A stretch of 63,936 nt of DNA, the filler included, from Trichomonas gallinae (lineage: Eukaryota): assembly GCA_008369845.1 (NCBI GenBank). It is 5 parts of 5 records of this genome, joined end to end, with 100 filler letters (N's around TTAATTAATTAA, not from the genome) between each part and the next. Parts side by side here need not be neighbours in the genome. Positions count along the whole stretch, not along the records: positions 18,813 to 35,521 come from MRSU01000827.1; positions 35,622 to 50,565 come from MRSU01000831.1; 3 more parts are not named here. The stretch is one strand, 5' to 3'. A program made the translations under genes and the position numbers. Under the pieces are notes generated by a model. That model saw only the letters and a list, made by a program, of their open reading frames with translations. It was not told the origin of the DNA and searched no databases. Positions 31,201-40,063 of this stretch are shown here, piece after piece. Within the stretch, counting starts at the first letter, position 1, and the number at the start of each line of letters is the position of its first letter.

Positions 31201-32884
31201 GTTCTTCGAAAATTAAGCAGTAAAATGTCTTTGCAAAGTAATCATTTGATAAGTAAAGCGACAAAGTCATAGGATTTGTAAGTTCTCTGAATAAAAATGT
31301 AATAATGCATTGTCGTGCGATCTTAATTTCAGCTAAAGCCTGTGGTTCTGTATTTTCTGTAAATGACTGATAAAACATCATCGGTTTCATTAATCCTGGT
31401 GCTATATTTTGAATAAAAATCGTATCTATTTTGATTTTCTGTTCTAATATGCGTAAAACGATCTCTGCGTATAGCAGAGGTGCTGTATATGCTTCAAGGA
31501 GTACATTTCTAATCATAAACTCGTTATTTTTGCTTCCATTATCTCTGACTATTAAATTAATGCAAATATCGCGTAATGTATTGAAAATATCGTAATTATC
31601 CTTCTTGTCAAACACGACGATGTTTGGATTGAAAATCGTTGGGTTGAATAATAATTCTTTGTTTAAAGGAAGTTGATATTTTTGGAAAACTTTGTTAATT
31701 AAGAAAAGGAATGAAGGATATGAATCTAAAAAATTTGACTTATCGAGACAATTTAAAACAAAAGGCGGACAAATATCTAAAAATTGTTGAGCGATTTCGA
31801 TTTTGCTGATTATAAACTGAGAAATAAATTGCAGTTGTGTTTCTAATTTGCAGCATACAACGAGTTCTATTGCTTTTGGAGGATTAAAGTGATAATCGAA
31901 TTGAATTTCAGAATTTGCAAGTACCGAGAATTTAATTGGCTGGAAAGATGTTTCAGGGACATCTTTTGAATTTAGTTTAACATGTGGAACTTCTTCTATT
32001 TGATTCTCACTGTAATTACAGATTTTATCTAGGACTGACATCAAAGCAGGAGGAATCAAGTATAGGCATTCGTAAACTGATTGTATGCTTATCGTTGGCG
32101 ATGCATGGAAAAGAAAACTTAAAGCTGATATATCTAAATTTCTAATTGCAGTAAAAGAACGTTGTAATATGATTTTTGCGATTTCTGGTGGAAAGTATGT
32201 TTTAATTTGCTGTATTAAACCATCTGCTACCGTTAAAAATTGAATTTGTATATCTTCGACTTCAAATTCTTGTGAGGCAGTAAATATTGCAGTGGCGCAT
32301 AATCCAAGTAAATCGAATGTATGTTTCGGTAAGTCTGTATTATAGAAGAAAAAGTCATTTAAATGAGGTAAAAATAATGTTATTGACGCAGGAGCCGGAC
32401 TTTTCAAAAAAGATAAGTATCCATTATACGAGCATGATAAAGCTATTTTGCGAAATGATGGATTGACGCTAAATCGACTTTCTTGAGAAATTATATTGAA
32501 AAATCCTAAAAATTCTGTTAATATCTGGGCATCTGAATACGACTGGTAGATCACTTGGAAGGCTAGATATGAATGAAATATATAATACGCTAAAAACTGA
32601 GCAAAATCTGTCGAATTTGATTGAATATAAACAAATTTCTGGATTCTTTCAAGCATAAACGCGAATGTATAGTTATGTTTCTTGAGTATATCAATGAAAT
32701 CGTTATTTTTATCTGCCAATTCTTTGTTTATCTTTCGTAATTCGCCAGATACAAATTTTGGAAACTTAATTTCGTTTGCAATTTGACAGAGATCGGTGGG
32801 AACGCCTTGGTATGTGTCCTTCAACTTAACCTTCAGAGATAAGATCTCGGCACAAATCTCATTCGGTGATAACAGTTGAAGCAT
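25211..32884 (-). CDS. Beige/BEACH-domain protein (ARM-like, ConA-like, PH, BEACH, WD40)
   Basis: WLSRKISNFEYLMFLNLISGRSFN..QYPFLPW, GGRFDH.ARIF, ELLPEFFF and LHQWIDLIWG; WD40 tail. Start placed at 32884, just downstream of an AAAGTGAC M2 motif. Confidence 0.95.
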   Translation of the reverse strand: MLQLLSPNEICAEILSLKVKLKDTYQGVPTDLCQIANEIKFPKFVSGELRKINKELADKNNDFIDILKKHNYTFAFMLERIQKFVYIQSNSTDFAQFLAYYIFHSYLAFQVIYQSYSDAQILTEFLGFFNIISQESRFSVNPSFRKIALSCSYNGYLSFLKSPAPASITLFLPHLNDFFFYNTDLPKHTFDLLGLCATAIFTASQEFEVEDIQIQFLTVADGLIQQIKTYFPPEIAKIILQRSFTAIRNLDISALSFLFHASPTISIQSVYECLYLIPPALMSVLDKICNYSENQIEEVPHVKLNSKDVPETSFQPIKFSVLANSEIQFDYHFNPPKAIELVVCCKLETQLQFISQFIISKIEIAQQFLDICPPFVLNCLDKSNFLDSYPSFLFLINKVFQKYQLPLNKELLFNPTIFNPNIVVFDKKDNYDIFNTLRDICINLIVRDNGSKNNEFMIRNVLLEAYTAPLLYAEIVLRILEQKIKIDTIFIQNIAPGLMKPMMFYQSFTENTEPQALAEIKIARQCIITFLFRELTNPMTLSLYLSNDYFAKTFYCLIFEEPLREHVLAFLTVFLSDQSNSNNQIIDQIISNIILTLNCDFIHIGSPEYLQIPTGILNCMNSCLRSIPDLMLKFEPIVDPILNTLISLQQSNHEELLIQLILFLVIISPVHQLRPHEAAALLKSSSQLGCKDPSSNLSRAIVQLIAGKEISVTYGSFTVQQPHALTLYLNIYLNSQEIFDCTKKLASIISGSQYNSMKAHEGELDLFCINLLFEQKSNENVNFDLIDALLDLIARISAKSCSVGVVQSFISLFCPVDGRYLSKFHMKCIDFIEKKIDNAYKTPQSAWSLLSNSQIEIKYIPTSAVSNGFNFGFWFYPVKVESPIILFSLSDSNDSKLSFIYSQDCLRMELLSSDVRFGMNCVEYIELNHWVYINLTFKAYDNFSQAVLIFNDKVVFDSMTIPEFKFNRNYLTCVINQARTTHTNNINMCKLGPFVLCDSEYSEQTYNNGPRLFNPQNAIFAYKPEDSNGLFDLVKVYQMEGIELNYNKVGMKQTTNFVNVLFDSCKITILLPLFAQIDMSEKNGQRPPNFLEKLIFVTKKALLLSPSNIQQFLSSNSTSIIYHLLLSSDDSNFTYALYLKFYDLMASLPMGELKLEICDMIVFNPSLWIKTTPSENRQILVHWKDVLFKKIPSFIFNSRSFTWWIDVSIAYYFYVANELSISAKRFRDLPVKMHHLRVSIMQTALSVANFQFTESDFEYLITGITKTNDINQVFDLIDLLQDFMKSTILLSFSHDFITKQIFRLHVLFNVGHPRLFTRTIQVLILAHDRKFIDITKTDHIVKILAELPQTFLSKQVYVASLKLLSEIPELLPFCSRMAFNLGKLAVGKLTRKLRPNPDLKAKNVNYTMTLPLLFIATRPKVAKIIEFLVLSFYDDLPLVYSAIDLCGRNLGRNPDDVKSILLNRAAETALDSKAKINPDSLIKLSLQFMFCHFTDDNSPLIDLYNESIFADTPLLSTNNKLKNSIAFGEFPLTPYQYGDLKSHSIIRYKDGKWADIDLAKKIVSIIFSQINSTEIDTASILCAFLIRSSAKNVPSVPDVLQTPQLQGLITYEQHSMNVPTLTEMTPQEYSKCAYDSLEKFFSNFKPSLSIQLLESALNESNTNWQRAVTILNNYTFPDYNVNHMELEIERKNQISSKHWQSLWRQMTTTRAPWNSSLHKDMRVLHYKRDNSWCEYFCPFKVRRNYKFDDHMGASFIRDTGNDDDANERLERYRAESANLMKSIAPARILEVEDFHEKSETETDSNKNSITKRIEIQNCALVKVNKIHEIVFRISVDMLTITKSDDRTTSILMKDVKLVMRRTYCHHPTALEIFTYYHNSYFIDFRTSSNVEKIVPYFKGSDKIAPSNPAQFLVESNKTQQWLSRKISNFEYLMFLNLISGRSFNSSSQYPFLPWVISDYSSSSLDLRDPNIYRKLDVPIGLTDAKRYSELKEKAEELAEMGVDPYLFSSGPSCPLAIYLWLMRMEPFATLHIDIQGGRFDHTARIFYSIVETYHNVTTHKNNFRELLPEFFFCPEFLLNLNGFDLGSFNGAKVGDVTLPPWAKSAAEFVYMNRRALESEYVSLHLHQWIDLIWGIKQKSPENLYKPEMYSDVWDRHPNISAEERDGIEAVLANVGQIPPPLFTEPHPRRQPRFETPPKQLPPITLEVGMRNLIFASTIGGTEKVVAILIGKDGACHKCRVNFRKLHSFNVVAQNQRRSRSLTSGPQQLAEAKSNDSLAASILNGASTTDNSPKPTGYKLQSENIIDLAPKLTTLHMLSTTYGNDFLFVGEDGCTVYNIKTDQPQSNVIIKHNCGIVGLAADQQWIACAGKDARVALFRNYERYRSVPTFCDSIKCIAVSSAYDELVCGTRDCSLLLCSLSRGEVTQVVDLCGRTPTMVTITKGNGFILVSCDELYDGRLHHYLHLYNINGMKLGEVKIDNCVRAWDTWRTSEGIDCVILADDRGKVFAFEVFFLTLGPVLYRCKSKVKHIGAVPEQNIALAITDNAQISIFPFYVKL

Positions 32885-32894
32885 AAATTTTGAG

Positions 32895-32902
32895 GTCACT
32901 TT
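32895..32902 (-). promoter_or_regulatory. M2 motif AAAGTGAC upstream of the BEACH gene
   Basis: Exact match ~10 nt upstream of the ATG. The same motif lies at 54695-54702 (-), 50845-50852 (+) and 40011-40018 (+), near other gene starts. Confidence 0.6.
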
Positions 32903-33557
32903 TTTGATTAAATTTTTTATTCTTGTGGTTTTTATATGTGTATATCTATATTTCATGTTTTCGTTTTCAAAAAAATTATTTTATTTTTTTAATTGTTTAT
33001 CATATTATTTATAATGTATAGATTTATAATTTCACTAAAAATTTCTTCCATCCACATAATTCATTATTTTTCAAAATTATTTTCCATTTTTCAGTCCAAT
33101 TATTTATAATCCATATTTTATTAATAAAATTTAAACTGATGTTTTAATATCAGATATTGTTGTCGATCAAAATATGGAAATAATTTCAATTTCAATAAAA
33201 AACAATGAAGAATCAGGATAAAAACTATGTATATTATCAAAATCAATTATATGAAATTAAAATTCGAAAATCATTTAAATTCAATGACTCGGATATCATT
33301 CGACTCGGAAAAGGTTAGAAAATTCCTTATGTAAATAATATATGTGTTTATATGAGAAAATATGGAAAGATTTACGATGCGCAAAGTTCATTTAATTGGT
33401 TTTTGAAATAATGACAAAAATATCGAATTTATTTTTTAGTATCTGAACCTTGAGAATACAATTATTTTAATAGAGATAATAAATTGATTGAAATATAAGG
33501 TATTTAATGAAATATTTAAATTATAAAAACATACAAAATGAAATAGAATAAAAACAA

Positions 33558-35063
33558 TTAGAAAGGTGCCATAGTGAGTCCTGATTTGGATTTGTTGTCC
33601 CTGAGGATTGGTTTCAGTTTATCTTTGTTGAAATAAGCTGCAATCCAATATTTTAGGATTGGAGAGTCATCTTTTGAAAATCCGTAAGCTTTGAGATCAT
33701 TGAGCAATGAATCCGGTGTGATTGATTTGATATCAGCCATTTCTGATAATTTCATCACAAAATTGGAAGCGCATTCTTTCAGTTTAATCAGCATATGTAA
33801 GATAAAAGCTTTTTCGCTCACATCTGTTGATTTTCCTAAAACTTTCCAAACAATTGATGAAGGTGGACAACCATCTCCTGCATAATAGTCTAATTGCAGA
33901 TCTAACACGCTTGCTACGTGTTTTGCGTCACCTGTTAGCGATTTAGTTACAACAATAGAATATTTAAGACTTTTTTCAGGAGATATTGATTCGCAAACTG
34001 TAAAATGCTCTGGCCTGAAAAATGGAACTAAAAACAATAACCTTTTGGCAAATGATTCACCTAATGCAAGATCATTTGATCTAATAATAAGAGTTTGTCC
34101 AGATAATAAAGTAAAACCTATAAAGAAGAAAATATTATTCTTTGAGAAGTTAATTAACGAATACTGTGACGATGTCTCGTCGATTGTCAATGTTCTTTGA
34201 GCGAAAGCTGGAAATCCTCCAAATCCGCGGAAATTACTTGATCCACCAAAGTCAATTGTTAAATTAGATTCGATAAAGTCTGATTCTACGACTATATTTG
34301 TTAAGTATGGATTTGTTGGTAAAGATTCTATGAATTTTTTTAGTTTATCTGAAATTTCGTCCAAATGAATCAAAGTTTGAATCGTGCGTAGTTTGTTGTT
34401 GATAATTGTAAAGTATTCCACAGGTCTTTCAACGAATTCTGCATCTTCGTAATTTTCGAAATTGAATAATTTTAATATTGTTTTTAATTCATCCATTTTG
34501 GAATTAATCGCTACATTTTTGAAATTTTCGAGTTTTTGAACGTGATTTAAAGCTTTTGCAAATGATTTTAATTCTTTCGGAAAATTATCAAGGGAAGGTT
34601 TCTGCATTAATTTAATTATATTTATCAGCTCGTCGTAGTACATCGAATGTATCTTAGTAATTACTTCAAAACTTGAAGTTGCGATTGTAAAAATTATTGT
34701 TCGCGCAAAACCACGTGCTTCTGCATCAAAAAGCTGAATATATGCTGCAATATAAGACGATCCTTCAAAAGACGAAATAATTATCGATGGTTCTGTGTTG
34801 AAATCAGATGAGCAAGAATTTACTGGTGTGTTTACGACGTATAACTTAAAGCTATTATGACTGCTAACTTCATATGACCCATATTCCCATATGGTATTTG
34901 GAAATGAAGCCTGAGAAAATTCGAAAATTGCAGCATAAATTCCTCCATTCGATGATAAAAGACTAGAATCATCAGTTAACAACGAATTTGGTGCTGTAAA
35001 TCCCTGTGATTTGCTAAGTGATGATTCAGCATTTGATATTTTACGCTGAATGGAATCCGTCAT
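33558..35063 (-). CDS. SMCR8/folliculin-type uDENN-DENN protein
   Basis: N-terminal longin strand 'IFEFSQ..FP', 'LFDAEARGFART' (SMCR8/FLCN signature L.D.EARGF.R), DENN-like 'TLLSGQTLII'. Confidence 0.75.
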   Translation of the reverse strand: MTDSIQRKISNAESSLSKSQGFTAPNSLLTDDSSLLSSNGGIYAAIFEFSQASFPNTIWEYGSYEVSSHNSFKLYVVNTPVNSCSSDFNTEPSIIISSFEGSSYIAAYIQLFDAEARGFARTIIFTIATSSFEVITKIHSMYYDELINIIKLMQKPSLDNFPKELKSFAKALNHVQKLENFKNVAINSKMDELKTILKLFNFENYEDAEFVERPVEYFTIINNKLRTIQTLIHLDEISDKLKKFIESLPTNPYLTNIVVESDFIESNLTIDFGGSSNFRGFGGFPAFAQRTLTIDETSSQYSLINFSKNNIFFFIGFTLLSGQTLIIRSNDLALGESFAKRLLFLVPFFRPEHFTVCESISPEKSLKYSIVVTKSLTGDAKHVASVLDLQLDYYAGDGCPPSSIVWKVLGKSTDVSEKAFILHMLIKLKECASNFVMKLSEMADIKSITPDSLLNDLKAYGFSKDDSPILKYWIAAYFNKDKLKPILRDNKSKSGLTMAPF

Positions 35064-35490
35064 CACTTTTTTTTCTTACATGCATTGTCCCCTAAACAAA
35101 AAATATAACCCCTCAATAAATAATATCTTTCAATTATTATCCCCTATATAAAAATTTCACACCCTAAATAACATATTCTGTCACTTTTACAATTGATTAA
35201 TTTTTCTCATAACTGAAAAGCTTCGCAAAGACTTATCAAAATTATACTTACTTATTGTTTATGTGTTGTAATCAAGTCCATTAATACAAATAGTAGCAGG
35301 ATATATCGAGAATATTAAAATTTCATAAAAGATAATGATGTAAAAATGAGAGTTACAACTCCATTGAATTTTTGTAAAATAAGGTTAAAAGTCGGACTTT
35401 TTTGAATCTGTAATTGTTATACACTAATTTGATGCTATCATGATATATGGTGAGACTATATATGGTTCACATATTGGGGGACGCTGGGGT

Positions 35491-35521
<31 letters not shown>

Positions 35522-35621
35522 NNNNNNNNNNNNNNNNNNNNNNNNNNNNNNNNNNNNNNNNNNNNTTAATTAATTAANNNNNNNNNNNNNNNNNNNNNNN
35601 NNNNNNNNNNNNNNNNNNNNN
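35522..35621. other. Artificial contig spacer
   Basis: 44 N + TTAATTAATTAA + 44 N. Confidence 0.97.
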
Positions 35622-35629
35622 AAAAATTT

Positions 35630-35701
35630 TTCCGATACGGGGAGTCGAACCCCGATCCTGTGGATGAAAACCACATATCCTAACCGCTGAACGATATCGG
35701 A
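35630..35701 (-). tRNA. tRNA-Glu (UUC)
   Basis: Acceptor stem TCCGATA/TATCGGA, anticodon arm TGTGG-TTTTCAT-CCACA, T-loop GGTTCGACTCC, downstream oligo-T Pol III terminator. Confidence 0.97.
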
Positions 35702-36489
35702 CTTTCAATAACCAATTTTAATTTTAATATTTATTTATAATATAAAGTTAGATCATGCACGTATCTAACACACCAAGACCTAGGAAGAGATAATTAGTTC
35801 CTGTGGCAAAGCAAAGTTAGAAAATAGTAAAAATGAAGCTTAATTTAATTTTCAAATCAAGTTTCAACACTAACGTTGTATTATGCACCAGGGGATACAA
35901 TATATATTATTAATCCATGCTAGAAACACCTAAAAATGACCCAAATTAGTGCGTTTTTCTTATTTTTCAGAATATGATGTTTTTATTCATAGTCGTATTG
36001 TTTCCTACTTAAAATAGACTTTGTTGTAAGCACAACTATCCGAAAATTATATTCAAGGTTGTTCTGCGTGTTTTTGCTTGAAAATAGATTGAATAAACAA
36101 GCAGTAATTGGCCCTTATACGAAGATATATCAATGTATATGTACAGGAGCTCTCACATATCATTTTCTGATAAAAATTTCAAAGTCGAGCGGCATTCTAT
36201 TAAAATTTTGATCATTTCTTATTAAACACCATGAAAAATGCATAATTTTCGATTAATGATCGTTCCTATTTAAAATTTTGATATAAAATTTTGACAAAAT
36301 TGAAAAAGTTTGTTTATAGTTTTGATATATTTACAAGACCCCAAATTAAAAAATAAAAAGAGGGTCTGCGTGTATAAAAAATATTTCATATTTATTTGGG
36401 TTTATTAAAGATTTTAATCCAAAAATCAAATTTTTACGATTATTTTGGATTCAATTCCTAAAAAAGTGAAATTTTTAATTTTTTAGGTA

Positions 36490-39400
36490 ATGAATGAATC
36501 TTTAGTTGAAAGTAAAGTTGTTGGAATACAGTCTCGAATTTGTGTTTTGCAACAGCACGAAATGACAACATTCGTCCATTGCTCGAAATTTAACTCGTTA
36601 ATTCAAAGTTTTAAAGATTTAATTCCGTTTCTAAGCGAATATGCGCAAGAAAACTACAACAAATGCAACCTGACTATCATGAAATCGTTAGAAAGCTTGG
36701 AAAATGTTGTCGATGAACTGATTCAACTGACAATTCAAACATCACACGATTCTTTTGTACAGTTTGTGCTCGCATCATCAACATTAGAAGTCTTCGACCA
36801 GTTTTTCTCGATCAGAGAGACAGCAATAAAGAGCTTAAAAGCCCTAGGAATGGATAAAGCTGCATCAATATTCGAACTTACCCCGGATCGACTGATTTCT
36901 CAAGATCAAGTTGATTTGAAGCATATAGCGACAATTATACAGCAAATAGAAAACGATTATGATCTAGAAGAAAGAAAAGATATTTCAAACGCGATAAATG
37001 CAAGATATATTTCTCTCCAGCGCAAAAACATCAGATGCAACGATAACACAAATAATTTCGTCAACATTCCTGCTCTGCCATCAGCCGTTGACTTAGTTGT
37101 TAAACATGAGCAGATTCAGTATGGAAGGGAAATCGGACACGGATATAGCGGCCATGTGTATGAGGGATACATAAGAGGCCGACAAGAAATGGTCGCAATT
37201 AAAGTTTTAAATGGAACAGAAAATAATTCTGCGATGAAAAGGTCATTGAAAACAGAAATCACGACTTTAAGCACGTTATCGCATCCATCAATCCTTAAAT
37301 TATTGGGATATACCGTTAAATCCCCTTTTTGCTTGATAATAGAATTATTACAAAATGGATCTTTGGCAGATTTCCTTAAGACTCGACCGACCGAACTAAC
37401 ACCGACGGATAGGACGCTAATAACCATAGATGTCGCCAGCGGCATGCATTACATTCACGAAAAATTATTAATTCACCGTGATCTTAAAAGCTTCAATATT
37501 CTGCTCGATTCGAATAAGCGTGCAAGAATATGCGATTTTGGCTTTGTTCGGGTCGATTCTTTCGAGCCTTCTACCGGAATGATCGGAACTCCACAATGGA
37601 TGGCTCCTGAAGTCATGATGTGCTCGCCGATGTACGACAACAAGGTCGATGTTTACTCTTTCGGCATCGTTTTGTGGGAAATGCTAACAAATCAAACTCC
37701 TTATGCTGGAATTCCAGTTCAGAGACTTCCAACACTTATAGTAAAGAATGGTTTCAGGCCAGAAATACCTCCTGGCACTCCCGAATCCCTTGCAAGCTTA
37801 ATGAGAGATTGCTGGGACTCAGATCCAACAAAACGTCCTTCTTTCGCTGAAATCTTAGTCAAACTATATGATCCCGCGTTCCACTACCCAGGAACAGACG
37901 AAGAACTATTATGGTCACTCACAGCCAAAGATGCGAAGTTTTTCATGAGTTCATTATCAATTTCAAAATTATCCACAGATATAAAGAAGTTCAACAACGA
38001 AGATGAACAGAAGAAAGCTCTCGATGATCTAAATACGATGATGTTCGAAGAGAAAATCGAGAAAAATTATGGATCAATCTGGAAAGTCGAAAAATTCGTT
38101 ACAAATGCACTGAGAATCATCAGAAATGCACCAGCCATTCTTATAAATACAAAAACATTCATAAATAATCTTCTTGATTATGCAAAAAAGGCTCCAGACA
38201 CAACTTTACACATTTTACTGTCATTGTTATACGAATATTTAGTGTCCAATGAAGGAAAAACGCGCAAAGAATATGATCAGTCAAATGCTCCAAAATTCAT
38301 CAACGAAATGATGAATAATGAGCAATCTGATGTTTCTGCTGCAGCACTTTCCATATACAAACTCCAGTTAACCAAAGATATGATCAACAGCGACACATTA
38401 AACATTATCACGCAACATTGCAAAGGAATGAAAGCTCCTCATACTGTTCGCGAGAAAGCAGTGGAAACACTGTTGAGAATGTACGAGATGCGACATGAAT
38501 TTGCTTACGAAAATCCATATTTCGTTTTTCATTTATTAAGTTACGGAATTATTACGCAAGAAGTCTTAGAAAACGCTATAAAAATCAGCGAAAAGGTCAA
38601 AGATTGTGTTCCAATGTCTACAATCACGCATCTCTTGATAGCTTACGATCAATCAGCAAAAGATTCGAAATTAACTTTAATTTCCAAACTAATCAGCACT
38701 CTTTTAATCAGATTCCCAACGCTTAGGTCTATGATATGCCTGGACAACATCATAAACCTAGCGAAAGACTTGCCGCTGACATTAACTTTCTTTACTTCAT
38801 TTGCCCAACACACCAAGGAAACAGGCGACCAAGTCTTCTCCCGTGACGTAGTAAAAGCACTATTCATGTCGTCGCACACCAACTTTAATTGTTTGGATGC
38901 GATAGCGAATTTTGCTTCTTACGCGCCATTATTAGTCACACAACAACTACCAGTCAACTCCAAGGACTACCCACGAGTTCTCAAAATATATACCCAGATT
39001 CCTGACTCTTGTTCGACACAGCTAGAAGCATACACAGCAATAAAGTATTCCTTAAATACACCGGACGAAAACATCGCGTGCACATTGTTGAGGAGCTTCG
39101 AATTGTCTTCGATTCTTCTCACTCAGTCCGGCCTTCACACTGCTATAGTCACACGCATCATAGCCACTCCCCTCGATGAGCAAGGAATCACCAAACTCGG
39201 CGAGTACCTTCTCCCAGCTCTACTGGAAATGGTCTGCTGCCTGAAAGGAACCTTCACAGAGTTTAGTGGATGCTCGAAGATCTTAAAACACCTCGCTAAG
39301 GGCAGTTATAAGTGTTCCGGACTTGCCTCTGAGATACTTAGAACTCATTCTAGTGTAGCATCTAACGGCGCAATGAGCCCTCATTTGTTTTCGAAGAGTG

Positions 39401-39501
39401 CTGCAAGGCATTCTTCGACTCAGCCGTCTCCAATCACTTTCAAGCAGGTGACGTTCTCTGGTCCAAGAAGGAGGAGTCAGGATGATATGTCATCAGATTA
39501 A
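36490..39501 (+). CDS. TKL-family protein kinase with N-terminal helical domain and C-terminal ARM/HEAT-like region
   Basis: IGHGYSG, VAIK, HRDLKSFN, CDFG, GTPQWMAPE, DVYSFG and CW..DP.KRPSF. Confidence 0.95.
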   Translation: MNESLVESKVVGIQSRICVLQQHEMTTFVHCSKFNSLIQSFKDLIPFLSEYAQENYNKCNLTIMKSLESLENVVDELIQLTIQTSHDSFVQFVLASSTLEVFDQFFSIRETAIKSLKALGMDKAASIFELTPDRLISQDQVDLKHIATIIQQIENDYDLEERKDISNAINARYISLQRKNIRCNDNTNNFVNIPALPSAVDLVVKHEQIQYGREIGHGYSGHVYEGYIRGRQEMVAIKVLNGTENNSAMKRSLKTEITTLSTLSHPSILKLLGYTVKSPFCLIIELLQNGSLADFLKTRPTELTPTDRTLITIDVASGMHYIHEKLLIHRDLKSFNILLDSNKRARICDFGFVRVDSFEPSTGMIGTPQWMAPEVMMCSPMYDNKVDVYSFGIVLWEMLTNQTPYAGIPVQRLPTLIVKNGFRPEIPPGTPESLASLMRDCWDSDPTKRPSFAEILVKLYDPAFHYPGTDEELLWSLTAKDAKFFMSSLSISKLSTDIKKFNNEDEQKKALDDLNTMMFEEKIEKNYGSIWKVEKFVTNALRIIRNAPAILINTKTFINNLLDYAKKAPDTTLHILLSLLYEYLVSNEGKTRKEYDQSNAPKFINEMMNNEQSDVSAAALSIYKLQLTKDMINSDTLNIITQHCKGMKAPHTVREKAVETLLRMYEMRHEFAYENPYFVFHLLSYGIITQEVLENAIKISEKVKDCVPMSTITHLLIAYDQSAKDSKLTLISKLISTLLIRFPTLRSMICLDNIINLAKDLPLTLTFFTSFAQHTKETGDQVFSRDVVKALFMSSHTNFNCLDAIANFASYAPLLVTQQLPVNSKDYPRVLKIYTQIPDSCSTQLEAYTAIKYSLNTPDENIACTLLRSFELSSILLTQSGLHTAIVTRIIATPLDEQGITKLGEYLLPALLEMVCCLKGTFTEFSGCSKILKHLAKGSYKCSGLASEILRTHSSVASNGAMSPHLFSKSAARHSSTQPSPITFKQVTFSGPRRRSQDDMSSD

Positions 39502-39724
39502 TTATTTTGTTTTCTTTTTTTACCATGTTATTATATGATTTTATATTTAAAATTTTTGTTGTTATTATTGTGAATTGAATATAATTTTCAATTTCATTTT
39601 GTGCGAGGAGAACATGGTGAATTTTTGACAATTAGGATTTATACTTCTAAATCATATAATGAAGCAGGATATCATGAGTTTTCATTTCCTAATTGTTATA
39701 TTCATTTATTCTTGGGATTGTGAA

Positions 39725-40000
39725 AAAAGGGGATGACAACATCATTATGACATTTTTATACAGCATAAACCAAAGCTGTTTTGCTGTCATTGTCTTTTTG
39801 GTTGACATATATTCCAGAATCTTAATGATGTGAAGTTTTAACCTCTACTCCAGAAATCAATGGAAGAAATTTAATTACTTCATGAAATCAAAGTTATATA
39901 ATTGTGCTATGCAATTTCATCTGCTTCATGATGTGAGAGAATGTAAGTGGATATTTCATGATGACCATTTTCTGAAGCATAAATCAAAGCTGTTTTACAA
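39725..40000 (-). pseudogene. Ankyrin-repeat pseudogene fragments
   Basis: KTALIYASENGHHEIS..., EVIKFLPLISGVEV and GIYVNQKDNDSKTALVYAV*KCHNDVV, with an in-frame stop. Confidence 0.8.
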
Positions 40001-40063
40001 ATCATTAACAAAAGTGACGCCGTGAGGTTATTTTTTTGCAGGGAGAAAAAAAAAAAAAAAAAC

